A stretch of DNA of 64,000 nt. It comes from Cetorhinus maximus. Taxonomy: Eukaryota. The notes below the pieces were generated by a model. The model was not told where the DNA came from. It did not search any database and saw nothing but the letters and a program-made list of their open reading frames with translations. Made by a program: the position numbers and the translations under genes. The DNA is taken from assembly GCF_964194155.1 (NCBI RefSeq), contig NC_135887.1, positions 117,490,001-117,554,000 of the forward strand, read 5' to 3'. Of the stretch, positions 1 to 10,806 are shown in pieces; positions within the stretch are counted from its first letter, which is position 1; every line of letters begins with the position of its first letter.

Positions 1-208
1 CCAGGTCATCGAGTGTATGTAAGACCAAGATAGATAGGTTCTTGATTGGTAAGGGGATCAAAGGTTCTTGATTGGTAAGGGGATCAAAGGTTACGGGGAG
101 AAGGCGGGAGAATGGGGTTGAGCAACTTATCAGCCATGATTGAATGGCGGAGCAGACTTGGTGGGCCGAATGGCCTAATTTCTGCTCCTATGTATTATGG
201 TCTTATGG
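1..208 (+). mobile_element. CR1 (HER1-like) LINE 3' end
   Basis: Closely similar to the CR1 3' end at ~35390-35570; ends in a TATGGTCT-type tail; carries a 26-bp tandem duplication at 36-92. Confidence 0.85.
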
Positions 209-445
209 CCTGTAGTTCCCTGACTTATCTCTACAACCCTTCTTAAATAGCGGAACCACATTAGCTGTTCTCCAGTCCTCTGGCACCTCCCCCATGGCCA
301 GAGAGGAATTAAAAATTTGGGTCAGTGCCCCTGCGATTGCCTCACTTGCCTCCCTCAGCAGTCTGGGACACAAATCATCTGGACCTGGAGATTTGTCCAC
401 TTTTAAGCCTGCCAACACCTCCAATACCTTGTCACTCCCTGTATA
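203..445 (-). mobile_element. CR1 LINE ORF2 fragment
   Basis: LKVDKSPGPDDLCPRLL...VPEDWRTANVVPLFKKG...GNYRP, the CR1 pre-RT region. Confidence 0.85.
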
Positions 446-1690
446 TCACAGGGAAGCAGCCATGCTTTAAAAGCATCTGATCCTTTGTCTGCCTTCAGAA
501 CCTGAGCCCTTTAGGAGCACGGTGTCACTGGCCACAGATGCTGAAGAGATGGGAGCCAGCCCTGCCTTAAAGGTGCTGAGAGCACACAGAGAATGACGGA
601 ATTCTGTGACGCCTACCCACAACATTCTGGCAGCAATGATCAGCATCGTTGAGGTGCAGGCATCAGTAATATGCCCAGGGAGTGTGAGGCCAGACCATCA
701 CTGTGGTCTGACGGCTGCAAAAGCAAGGACAGATCATTATTGCATGGCAGTGGCCTGTGAAACAGGACACATCACTCACAGCATGGTTGTTTGATGGATG
801 TTGCACTGCTGAATCTTCACTTGGTAGAGCACCGCCGATCTTGCCGTCAGTGCATTAGCTGTCCAGATCCTCACTGGCCAGCTGGATGGCTCTGTTTTCA
901 AAGTCCATGAGGGCCTTGATTTCAGGCATTCCCCCACTGGTAAGCAACCTCTCCCTCTTATTGTGTGCCAGCTTGTCCTGCATGAATAGAGATGGTGCGA
1001 GTGTAAGCAGGATGCCTGCCAGACCAGATGATAAGTATTCCTGGCATGTGTGGGTGGTGAGTGGTCCCATGACCGAGATGAGGACAATGAATGTGTGTGT
1101 AAGAGAGTGAATGGTGATGTCTCGAACTGGCAGTGGACGTGTGATGGGTTTGTGAGTGAGAGAGAGTTGAGAGTGATGAGAAGAGTAATTTACCCTGTCG
1201 GAACGGAGGAGATCATTCATCCTCTTCCGGCACTAGGTGGATGTCCTCTTTTGCAGGGCATTCGCACTGATCACCACTGCCACCGCCTCCCAAGCCGGAT
1301 TAATGAGGTTGCCGCCTATGCTGCGGCCAGAGCTGGGGCAGAGGACATCACAGCAAACCTCCACTGCATCCAAAAAGCGCATCATTGAACCTGGGGGCTA
1401 TAGTCTTTTTTTCCTTTCAGAGCCAGGTTTTCTTTGCAGCAGTCATGAGCTGAAAGCACAGAGGTGTGTGCGCGCTGCAGCACTTTAAGTATGGCACCTA
1501 GCATGATGAAGCAGCGAGGTAATGGCATGGTGGGTGAATGAGAGCCTGGCTGCCATCGAAACGGCGTGTTTCCCAGGAATGCATAATTAATGCAGAGTGT
1601 TTGGAATGATACGGCGTGAAAAGCCGCCTTTGTTGGCGGCGGATAAAAAGTCGTTTTACCAGCATTTAGTGCAAATCTGGGACGATTGTG
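446..1690 (-). mobile_element. Harbinger right-arm fragment carrying part of the Myb/SANT gene (pseudogene)
   Basis: Decayed ...RKRMNDLLRS.R / DKLAHNKRER...GGMPEIK (Myb_DNA-bind_5-like); terminal GTGCAAATCTGGGACG shared with the copies at ~22140 and ~62990. Confidence 0.8.
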
Positions 1691-1824
1691 TCTATTGAGT
1701 CAGATTCCACATATATATGACAACCTAGCTTTACCTCTCCACCAACTCTCAACCTCTCCGCTGCCTCTCTGTTTTGGATTGCTTGTCTAATATCCATTTT
1801 TGTATGAACTATGATATCCTCCAG

Positions 1825-1960
1825 TTTTAAATTCATTCATGAGATGTGGGTTTCGCTGGCTGGGCCAGCATTTATTGCCCATCCCTAGTTGCCCTTGAGA
1901 AGGTGGTGGTGAGCTGCCTTCTTGAACCACTGCAGTCCATGTGGTGTAGGTATGCCCACA
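1825..1960 (-). mobile_element. 3' tail of the CR1-Zenon-like LINE/SINE family
   Basis: Same tail (...CAAGGGCAAYTAGGGATGGGCAATAAATGC...) as the LINEs ending at ~32593 and ~59151. Confidence 0.75.
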
Positions 1961-1961
1961 C

Positions 1962-2585
1962 TGGGGAAGACAACAGGCATAAGCTTTGATTCCTACCATA
2001 ATCTTTAAATCCTCGCCAACTCCATTCCTCTCCCTGACCATTCCGTCAATCTGAGCCAGATAGTTGGCAGTATTGACATCCTGTTTGACTCCTACTAAGC
2101 ATCCAATCTGACCTCCCATGCCCCCCCTCACCCAAACCTCTTCTGCCTGTAATCTATTCTGCATTGAGTGGTGCTCACTTATCACTCAAGTCCTTTCTGA
2201 CCTACTTTGGCTCGCACTCCCCAGCACCTTATTTAAAATTCCCATCATTATCTTAGATCCCTTCATGGCCTTGACCACTCGACCACTAAAATCTGCACCC
2301 ATTCTACAATACTCCATTAACACTCCCTTGCTCTGACTCTGACCTGTCCTTCTGCTGCACAATTGGCTGCATGCCTTCAGCTGTCTAAACCTCTAGACAA
2401 TGTAGTTATACCCTAAAGCCCCAACAACCCTCCACCTAGTACTTGAAGACCCTCTGAAAACCCACCAGTATTTTTCCCATCCTCCAAATAGCTCTTTCTC
2501 TTATTTAACGCCCTTTTTTTGTCTGATTACTCCTCCTTGAAGTGTCTTACTATGTTACAGACATTGTAAATGTATAATAATTTGT
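1962..2585 (+). mobile_element. Degenerate L2 LINE 3' fragment
   Basis: C/T-rich decayed L2-like 3' ORF region followed by an L2-like terminus (...cttactatgttacagacattgtaaatg...ttgtt). Confidence 0.5.
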
Positions 2586-2714
2586 TTTCCAATTCATTGA
2601 TTGATACATAGAAACAACTGCCAAAGCCATTTTCAGCTCAACAAAATCCTATAATTGCCAGTGTTTTTACAATGGTTGAGGGAGGAATATTGACTACGTG
2701 CCCAGAAACATTAG

Positions 2715-2950
2715 ATTTTTAAAAAGTGGTGGAAATATTCAGGTTTGGCAGCATCTGTGGATTGAGAAATAATATTTAACGTTTTGAGTCAAATATGACT
2801 CTTCTTCAGACTATTATTCCTCTGAAGAAGAGTCATATACAACTCAAAATGTTAACTCTGTTTCTCTTTCCACATATGGTGTCAGACCTGCTGAGTATTT
2901 CCAGCAATGTTTTTATTTCAGATTTCTAGCATCTATAATATTTTTCTTTT
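2715..2950. mobile_element. Short palindromic Penelope 3'-end remnant with two opposed hammerhead-like cores
   Basis: Inverted arms centred near 2815 (GAGTC...ATATGACTCTTCTTCAGA / TCTGAAGAAGAGTCATAT...CTC); terminus GACCTGCTGAGTATTTCCAGCA is related to 30711-30810. Confidence 0.7.
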
Positions 2951-3089
2951 TTTAATGCAAAGAGAACTTCCTATTCTTTGAATCACAGGATGATTATAGT
3001 GCAGAAGGAGGCCATGCAGCCTGTTGTGTCATTGCTGGCTCTCTGAAGGAGCAATTCACCCATTGCCATTCCCCCCTCCCAACCTCCTT

Positions 3090-4811
3090 ATAGATAGACA
3101 CAGTTCTCTGCAGCTGAGTGTGTGAATCCAGAAAGCTGTGTTGCTTGCCTGGTGGGCAAGGGTTCAGGGCATCTGCTCAGGATGGAGAGAAACTTGCTGT
3201 GGGAAGGGGAAATTTCAGTTGTCGTGGTCCACCTGGGTACCAATACCATAGATAGGACTAGGAAAGAGGGTCTTGAGGGATTGTGAGCAGCCAGGGGCTA
3301 AATTAGAAAACAGAGCCACAGAGGTAATAATCAGTTACGAGGGAATTTATGTTAAGTGCGTGGCTCAAAGAATGGTGTCGGAGAAATGGGCTTCAATTCA
3401 TGGGACACTGGCACCAGTACTAGAGAAAGTGGAAGCTATACCATTTGGATGGTCTTAACTTGAACAGTATTCTGGCGAGTAGAGAGGGTTTTTAAATACT
3501 CAGGGGGCAGGGGGAGGGATCACATGAGGAAAGATGTGAAGGGAAGAAGGAACAGGGTAGATATATAGATAATGACAGCCAGAGTATGGCAGGAAGGGAC
3601 AGAGCTTGAGTACACCAGCAATAATGGTAGTGTTTGCAAAAATGGTAAAAAGACAGAATTAAAGGCTCTATATCTGAATGCGCGCAGCATTTATAACAAT
3701 GCAGATGAATTGATAGCATAAATAGAAATAAACATAGATGTCCTGATAACCATTTCAGAAAAGGTTGCAAGGTGACCAAGGCTGGGATCTAAATAGTCAA
3801 GAGTATTTGACATTTCGGAAGGTAAGGAAACTAGGAAAAGGTGGTGGGCTAGCTCTGTTAATTAAGAATGACATTAGTTATAGTAGTCAGGATGACCTTA
3901 GTTAAGAAAATCGAGATGTGGAATCAGTTTGGGTCGAGAGGAGAAATGGTAAAGGTAAGAAATCACTTGTGGGGGTAGTTTATCGGCCCCTTTACAGCTG
4001 CTACACTGTAGGACAGAGTGTTCAGGAAGAAATAATGGGCGTTTGTAAGAAAGGTACTGCAATAATCATGGGTGATTTTAATCTTCATTATAGATTGGAT
4101 GAATCAGATTTGTAAAAGTAGCCTAGAAAATGAGTTCATAGTGTTTTCAGGGCACTTTTTTTTTAGAGCAGTACATTCTAGTGTAAGCCAGGAATCAGGC
4201 TATTTTAGTCCCAGTAATGTGCAATGAGACAGGATTATTTAATGATCTCATAGTAAAGGAGCTTCTAGACAACAGTAATTGTAGGATGATAGAATTTTAC
4301 ATTCAGCCTGAGGGTGAGAAGCGTAGGTCTAAGATTAGTGTCTTGAACGTAAAGGCAATTACAAGGATATGAAACCAGTTGACTAAAATGGACTGGGAAA
4401 ATACATTAAAAGGCAGGGTAGAAGAGCAATAGACATTTAAGGAAATATTTCATAACTCTCAGCAAAGATATATTCTCTTAAGAAATAAAAACAATGCGAA
4501 GGATGTATCATCTATGGATAACTGAGGAAGTTTAGAACAGTATCAAATTAAAAGAAAAGACATACAATGCTGTGAAGATGAGTGGTAAGTCAGAAGATTG
4601 GACAGATTTTAGAAACCAGCAAAGAACGATGAGGGAGAAATTAGTATGAGAGAAAGCTAGCTAGAAATATGAAAACAGATAGTAAGGGTTTTTACAAGTA
4701 TTTAAAAAGGAAAAGAGTAACTAAAGCGAGCGTGGGTTTCTTAGAGAGTGAGACTGGGGAATTAATAATGGGAAACAAATGATGGAAGCGTTGAACAGGT
4801 ATTTTGTGTCT
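3090..4811 (+). mobile_element. CR1 LINE, ORF1 esterase (SGNH) region plus ORF2 endonuclease, decayed
   Basis: VCCLPG...VVVVHLGTN (CR1 ORF1 esterase); ESVWVE...LVGVVYRP...IIMGDFN (APE endonuclease); truncated exactly at the Harbinger left TIR. Confidence 0.8.
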
Positions 4812-5251
4812 GGGCTGGATTTTCCGGTCTTGCCAGTGGAGGGAGTTGTGGTGGGCAGGACCTGAAAATTAGGCGTGAGGCTAAAAGTCTGTTTTCAGCC
4901 AGTGGGAGAACAAGTCGGAATTTTCCCCTCAGCATTCGCATGGCGGCCTAATGGTGGTTCGACTTTCCCACTCATCCATATTGGGAACCCCATTTGTATG
5001 CATTAACATATCATGAATGCTCATTAAAAATGCAACTTGCCAGAATCACATTCTCCCTTCTAATTGCATGCCATGCCAATGAAAAATTAGACTGCTCTGA
5101 TTCGCAACAGGATATAAGCGGCGTGCACCTGCCGACCCTAGCTTCACCCATGACTTTCAGGTGCATACAATGTTGAAAGCTTATCTGCAACAACACTGCT
5201 CTGACTCGTCACCGCTGCCAAAGCTCTCAGGCAAGACATGGGATTAACAGA

Positions 5252-5331
5252 CAGGGCTGCTCGCACTGGGTGCAGCGGGGCGCAGGCAGGGCTGCTCGCA
5301 CTGGGTGCTGCAGGGCGCAGGCAGGGCTGCT
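5252..5331 (+). repeat. 35-bp tandem duplication (about 2.3 copies) in the Harbinger left arm
   Basis: CAGGGCTGCTCGCACTGGGTGC(A/T)GC(G/A)GGGCGCAGG twice, plus a partial third copy. Confidence 0.85.
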
Positions 5332-6933
5332 GAACCAGCAGAGATAAGAGGGAGAAGGGAGCAGGGAAGGGAGAATGGGGAAGATGGATGGCTGGGGGGT
5401 GGGGGAGCTGGAGCCCGACGTGGAAGGGGTGCACGCAGACTCGGGAAGGGGGTGGGTGGAGTGAGTATGGCACAAGAGGGAGGGAATGCACACAGCCTCT
5501 AGACTTGGGGAATGGGGGAAGGATTATTGTTGCACAAGTGGGAAAGGGTTCATGAGGACTCATGACTTGGGGTGGGGGAGAGTGCTGAAGGAAGCAGGGG
5601 CATGAGTATCATACAGTCATAGCCCTGGGACTGAGGCCAAATGGTTGGGATGAGAAATTAAAGGTGATCCTGGGGCTCTGTGAACCACGTTGTTGGGTTG
5701 AGAGATTAAAGGCAGTCCTGTAGCTTTGCGGGCCTTGCTGCAGGGCTATGCATTGCCTGCACATCGTGGTCCCAGTCCAGGGAGGGCAAGGCCTGTCTGT
5801 TCACTGGAAGTTGTGCGCACTGATATGCAGGGCTATTGGTCATTGTCTCGCACATGGTGGTCCTGGGGGGTCACTGGCTCGGTACTGGGCTGCAGATGGA
5901 ATAGTCACGGTCAGGGGAGGCATCTGCAACCTGTAAATGGGGGAAAAGTAATAAAGTGGGGGGTACTCGAAGCTCTCGTGACGGGGTGGGGGGATGCTGC
6001 CTCTGTAGGGTGAGTGCACACAGCCTTAGGATGGGAAAGGGGTGAGGTCCACGTGGGGCATGGGGGCATCCACAGTGATGGGTTCAGGGGGAGGACAGAA
6101 ATGTCTGCAACAATCACTATGGGCTCCAGGGTTACTGGGGAGGCTAGAGAATGACCGGAGGGAGGTCTCCCTGCACATTGTGGGGTTCCAGGATGATCAG
6201 AGGGACATGAACGGTGACAGCTGGTCTGGAAGTAGAAGTGCAGCGCCACCATGTTGAGACCCTGAATCAGAGGCGCAGTTTAAAAAGGAAACTAAGAAAA
6301 AAATCACCAAGGGAGTGGCCTGAGGCAATGTGGAACAGTCCACAGCTGGATTCTGGGACCCTTTCAGGGGCAACTTCAAACTTATTAGAATTCCAACATG
6401 GAGCTGAAGGCTCAGCTGAGAGAAATCATGAAGACTTTAATGCGAAGTTGGTTCTAGTAACTTGTGGTGCGATTTTACCCAACACTACACTCATTGAGCA
6501 TTTAACCATCAGACATATGTGAGAAGTGAAGAAGCAGCCAGCCATTAAGGGAGCAGGGCCGCTGGATATATCCAAGAAACACTATCAAACCCTGCAAACA
6601 TGCGTTGTCCATTTAATATGGGTCTTAGAGCACAAGGGCGGCAATCTCAAATCCAAATTAGGCAACGAATGGGTGCCTTTAGTGAGCCTCAAAATTACAT
6701 GGCTCTATCTTCCTGTATGGGATTGAGATGCCAAGTTGTTGGGGTGGCTTCTGAGACACCTATGATCTGTGAGGGAGTGCCTCAGCTAGAAACAGGGAAA
6801 GGCAGGTAGCACAAGCACAGCTCAAGAACATGATGGTGGCTTTCTGGCTTGGAGTGGGAGGTCTGGTAATTGTTGGGTGAGATACATTCATTTCTTGGAT
6901 CTAGCTGTCTACAGGAAGGAGGAGCATCGAAGA

Positions 6934-8144
6934 ATGGAGGTTGCAGTTAATGCTGCCGCCTTGATGGCAGTGCTCAGAATGAGGAGAAGAGACCGGTGCT
7001 GTCTAACACAGCTTAGAGAAAAGCCCTGGCTGAGGTGCATGGTCCAGGGGTGCCCCAGAAAGACCAAAGGCTGAGGAGTTCAGACCAATCCCATGGAGGC
7101 GACTGGTGCGACCAAGGGTATACAGAAACACCTCCTATTTGGAGAGGAACGAGAGAGAGTGCTGGGCACGTCTATGTTTGTCAAGAGATGTGGTGGCTCA
7201 TATCTGCCACATTCTGCAGGAGGATCTGATGCCCCATGGACTGGTAGGTAGGCTATCTCTTGGCAGTGCCCCTGAAGGTCATGACCACACTCAATTTCTT
7301 TGTAAGTTGCTCGTTCCAGGGATCCACAGGGGACCTATGCGGCATCTCTAGGGCCTCAAAACATTAATGTATAAAGGAGGTGACGGAAGCCCTATGTGGT
7401 AAGGCTCATCATTATATAAAGTTCATAGTGGGTGAAGCTAGCCAGGCTGCAAGATTTCTGGGATTTACGACGATCTCCGGCTTCCCAACAGTGCAGTGAG
7501 TGATCGATCACACACATGTCACTTTAAGAACTCCCTGGCCGCAGCCCCTGATCTTAATTAAGAGTAAAGTGTTCCACTCCATCAATATTCAGCTGGTCTG
7601 TGATCATCAGAAGCAGATCATGCACATTTGTGCCAGCTACCCTTGGAGTTCTCATGACTCCAACATCCTGAGTCACTCCCAGGTGCTACAGACATTCTAA
7701 GGGCTGTGGCACTTACAGGGTTGGTGCTGGGTGATAAGGGGTACCCATTGAAGAGATGGCTGATGACACCCATGTCCCATCCTCAAAGTGCCTCAAAAGA
7801 GAGGTACAACATGGCACAATCTGTGAGAAAACCTTTGGCATCCTGGAAATGCACTTCTGTTGTTTGGACTGTTCAGGTGGGACTTTTCAGTATTCTCCAG
7901 AGAGGGTGTCCCGATTCTTCGTGGTCTATTGTGCCCTGCACAACCTGGCACTTCAAAGGGGAGATCATTTGCCACAGGGAGATATGGAGGAGCCAGAGAT
8001 TTCCTCGGATGAGGAGGACTTGGAAGGGCAGGAACCTGAGGAGGGTGATGATGGTCAGCTTCCATGTGAGGATGCCATCGCGGTGGCATGGCACGGAAGA
8101 CATGCCCATGACACATGATAACCATAAGATTCCAGCAGGAATAA
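6934..8144 (+). pseudogene. Harbinger DDE transposase (HARBI1/DDE_Tnp_4-like), disrupted
   Basis: RPRVYR...LSRDVVAHIC; VIDHTHV (IDCTH motif), FHSINIQLVCD, YPWSSHDS, LGDKGYPL..WLMTP, EKTFGIL, CALHN and an acidic tail; multiple stops and frameshifts. Confidence 0.9.
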
Positions 8145-8515
8145 GATCCAGGCAAGGGGACCCAAGCGCATTTCTCTCCTTTAATGCCATGCCAGTGATT
8201 GGAAAAGCTTTTACAAGTAGTGACAGCGTAAGCAAGGTCAGCATTTGGCCTTGGACCCGTAACCCTCAAGGATCACAGCCCTCGTTCTTGGAAAGGTCAG
8301 CACCCAAAGCTGCATATAGCTGGTGTGTGAGGCAAGAGACAGCACACCAGCATGCATCCTGCATCAAGTACACATTGTGCAGTCGTTGCCATCTGAAGGT
8401 GACACTTTAAGGAACCACAGAGATTTGCATATGGTTGTAGAGATCAAAATGGCTCCAGGTCATGTGCTTTCACACTCACAATGAACACAGCTCAGTGTTG
8501 ATGAAACAACATTAT

Positions 8516-8607
8516 GGCTGGGATTTATTGTCCCCACCACCGGCAGATAATGGCTCTCCAAATTTTCCCATCACGCCCGTCAGTGTTGGGGCCAGAAAAC
8601 CCCACCC
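8516..8607. mobile_element. ~92-bp Harbinger-type MITE nested in copy 1
   Basis: Imperfect TIRs GGCTGGGATTTATTGTCCCC / GGGGCCAGAAAACCCCACCC; flanks TAT / TAC. Confidence 0.5.
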
Positions 8608-8956
8608 TACATTTAACCCCCAAGATTCATGAGCTGGCACAATTCTGTGGTGTGTTGCAAGGCTTAAAGGATCAAATTTCAGTGTGCAGTCACTTCCAGG
8701 ATATGGCTTGACACATCTCCCTTACAAGACACGAAGGGCGAAAGACTAACATGAACCTGCTAAACATCACATGAATCTGCGGCACACAAATTGAGGCAAT
8801 CATGGAGTGGAGCTTAGATCGCCCTCACAATAAGAGGGCACACAGATTCATGCGCAAGAGGCATTCACATGATGAGGTTATTATCATGAACTCAAAATGT
8901 ATTTACAAAGGTGCATGATATATCAATGAGTGAAAAGCCAAGCCACCATTGTGCTT

Positions 8957-10519
8957 TCAGTATTTCTTTATTTTTCTTACCCCACCACTACGTCTAGGTA
9001 CATTCCTGACATTCGCATTAGAGTGGAGGCAGGTGGAAGCAGTCTGCCAACTGCTATGCCTTGGTGCCTGTGATGACCTCGGTGGGTGTCTGAAAGGCCC
9101 CCAGCCTGCTTTGGTCATCCCGTTGTGGGGCAGGTGCACCCTTCTCAGCCTGTGGAGCTGAAGCTGATGGGGTCACAGTCAGAGGGGATTGGGAGCAGCT
9201 GGACACTCTTGGAGTCTGCTGAGTATATGACTCTGAGGTGTCGAGCTGAAGGCCTTCTCCACTTTGAGTGTCCGAGGGCTCCTGCCTAACTCCTTGAGGA
9301 GAAGGGGCACCTGGAGTAAGATCGAGGTGTCCTATCCCCCTCTTGCCTAGCCACTGATGGATCCCACCTATGCCTAAAGCGATGGAGAGCAGGTCCAAGC
9401 GCAAATCCAGCAGAACCTGCTGGACCAGGGTCTCTAAAGTAGCTGCCACCCTTCCCATGGAGACTTCGAGGCACTCGTATGTCGGAGCCACGACATCAGA
9501 CTTAAAGCAGATGGACTCCTCTATCCTTAGCTCTCATCTGTTGACTGCCTCTCGCAACTCTACCTGATGTTCCGCCACCTTTCTTTGTATCTCCAGCATG
9601 TGTGCCACGGCTGTTTCCAGAGGTTCACCATCTAACTCTGATTCAGCTTGATCTCCAGCAGCTCTCCAAGTGCCAGAGACCTGGGCTGTCACTGTCTCCA
9701 GCTGCTGTGGAGACATGTCAGTGAAGTGTTCTCCAGAAAATAACCCATGCCAATTGAAATCTAGCACCCACTGACATGTGTGTCCCTGCACCGGTGGAGG
9801 GTGTAGGTGAACGCTGTGACATGTCTTCAGCGAATGGATCCTCACCTGAGGTGGGCTGGCTGGACCTGTGTGTGGGCCTGCTGGTGTCTGTTGGAGACAG
9901 AAGATAGATTTAGTTCATAAGCAGGCAGAATGCAACATTACATGTCACTCACTGTGAGCATCAGGATGTGATCAACTAATGGAGGGCTCATCTATACTGG
10001 GTTGATGGGGGAGGCCGATCTCACCTTCGCCACAGGAGCAATCCCTATTCTCCCCTGTCAACTCGGCTGCCTCCTCCTTGAGGGGTGAGCTACTGGATGT
10101 CTGCCATCCCCCTCCCGTCTAGGATCTCTGCCTCCTGTTGCGGACCAGCTTGGCCCACATGAAGACAAATAGATGGAATGTGATGAGAAGGGATGGAGGA
10201 GAGGTTGGTAAGCATGCATGCTTAATACGTGTGCTGAGCCCTCCCCAGTAAGGACTAAAAATGCTGTTTGTGCAGGATGATAGATGAGATGATGGTGATG
10301 TTAAGACATTCACTGCTGATGTCTCCTCCGCTAATAGTGTGTGAGATCCATGAGGTATGAGGTTGACTTACCCTGGCGGAGTGGATTAGATCATTTAGCC
10401 TCTTCTTGCTTCCATCCTCGGGAAGAGGATGTCACAGCGTTTGTGGACAGTGGTGAGGAGGGCCACCAGGGAGTCATGGCTGAATCTAGGCTCGCATGGC
10501 TTCTTTCTCCTGGGGCCAT
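8957..10519 (-). pseudogene. Harbinger Myb/SANT-like DNA-binding gene, three exons, disrupted
   Basis: MAP...PRFSHDSLVALLTTVHKRCDILFP; donor AGG|GTAAGT near 10371; AKLVRNRRQRS..GGG; coiled-coil LEIQRKVAEHQVELREAVNR; basic tail VPRRSGGVRKIKKY*. Confidence 0.8.
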
Positions 10520-10806
10520 CTGAGGACATGTAGACCAACAGCTGGGCTACAGAGACTGAATGTGTATTTGGGTGGCGTTTAAACATGGCACCAGGACCTT
10601 CGACCCCATAAGGTGATGGCGGGGCAGATGAATCAGTGCCTGTCCCACCATGTGATTCGGAGAGCGGCTCACCGCTGCATAATTACTGAGGTTTCAAGCG
10701 TGCACGAGTACGAGAACCATCCCCGCTGCCCAGCAGGAAACGCGCCCATTAGGACGTGAGGGGAAAATGGTGATCATCCAACATGGGAATCAAGTAATAA
10801 AAGCCC

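Larger units (their letters stand above)
4812..10806. mobile_element. Near full-length PIF/Harbinger DNA transposon, copy 1 (~6 kb)
   Basis: Left terminus GGGCTGGATTTTCC; degenerate right terminus ...GTAATAAAAGCCC; convergent transposase (+) and Myb/SANT (-) genes; left ~400 bp are homologous to 19700-20100. Confidence 0.8.

Noticed and set aside
5340-5580. G-rich tracts with G-quadruplex potential and Pro-rich antisense ORFs (also 20120-20330)
   Set aside because: Low-complexity part of the Harbinger left arm; the ORFs are compositional artefacts.
6934-8144. Domesticated HARBI1 or NAIF1/MSANTD host genes
   Set aside because: Multiple disrupted copies inside TIR-bounded elements; these are transposon remnants, not single-copy host genes.
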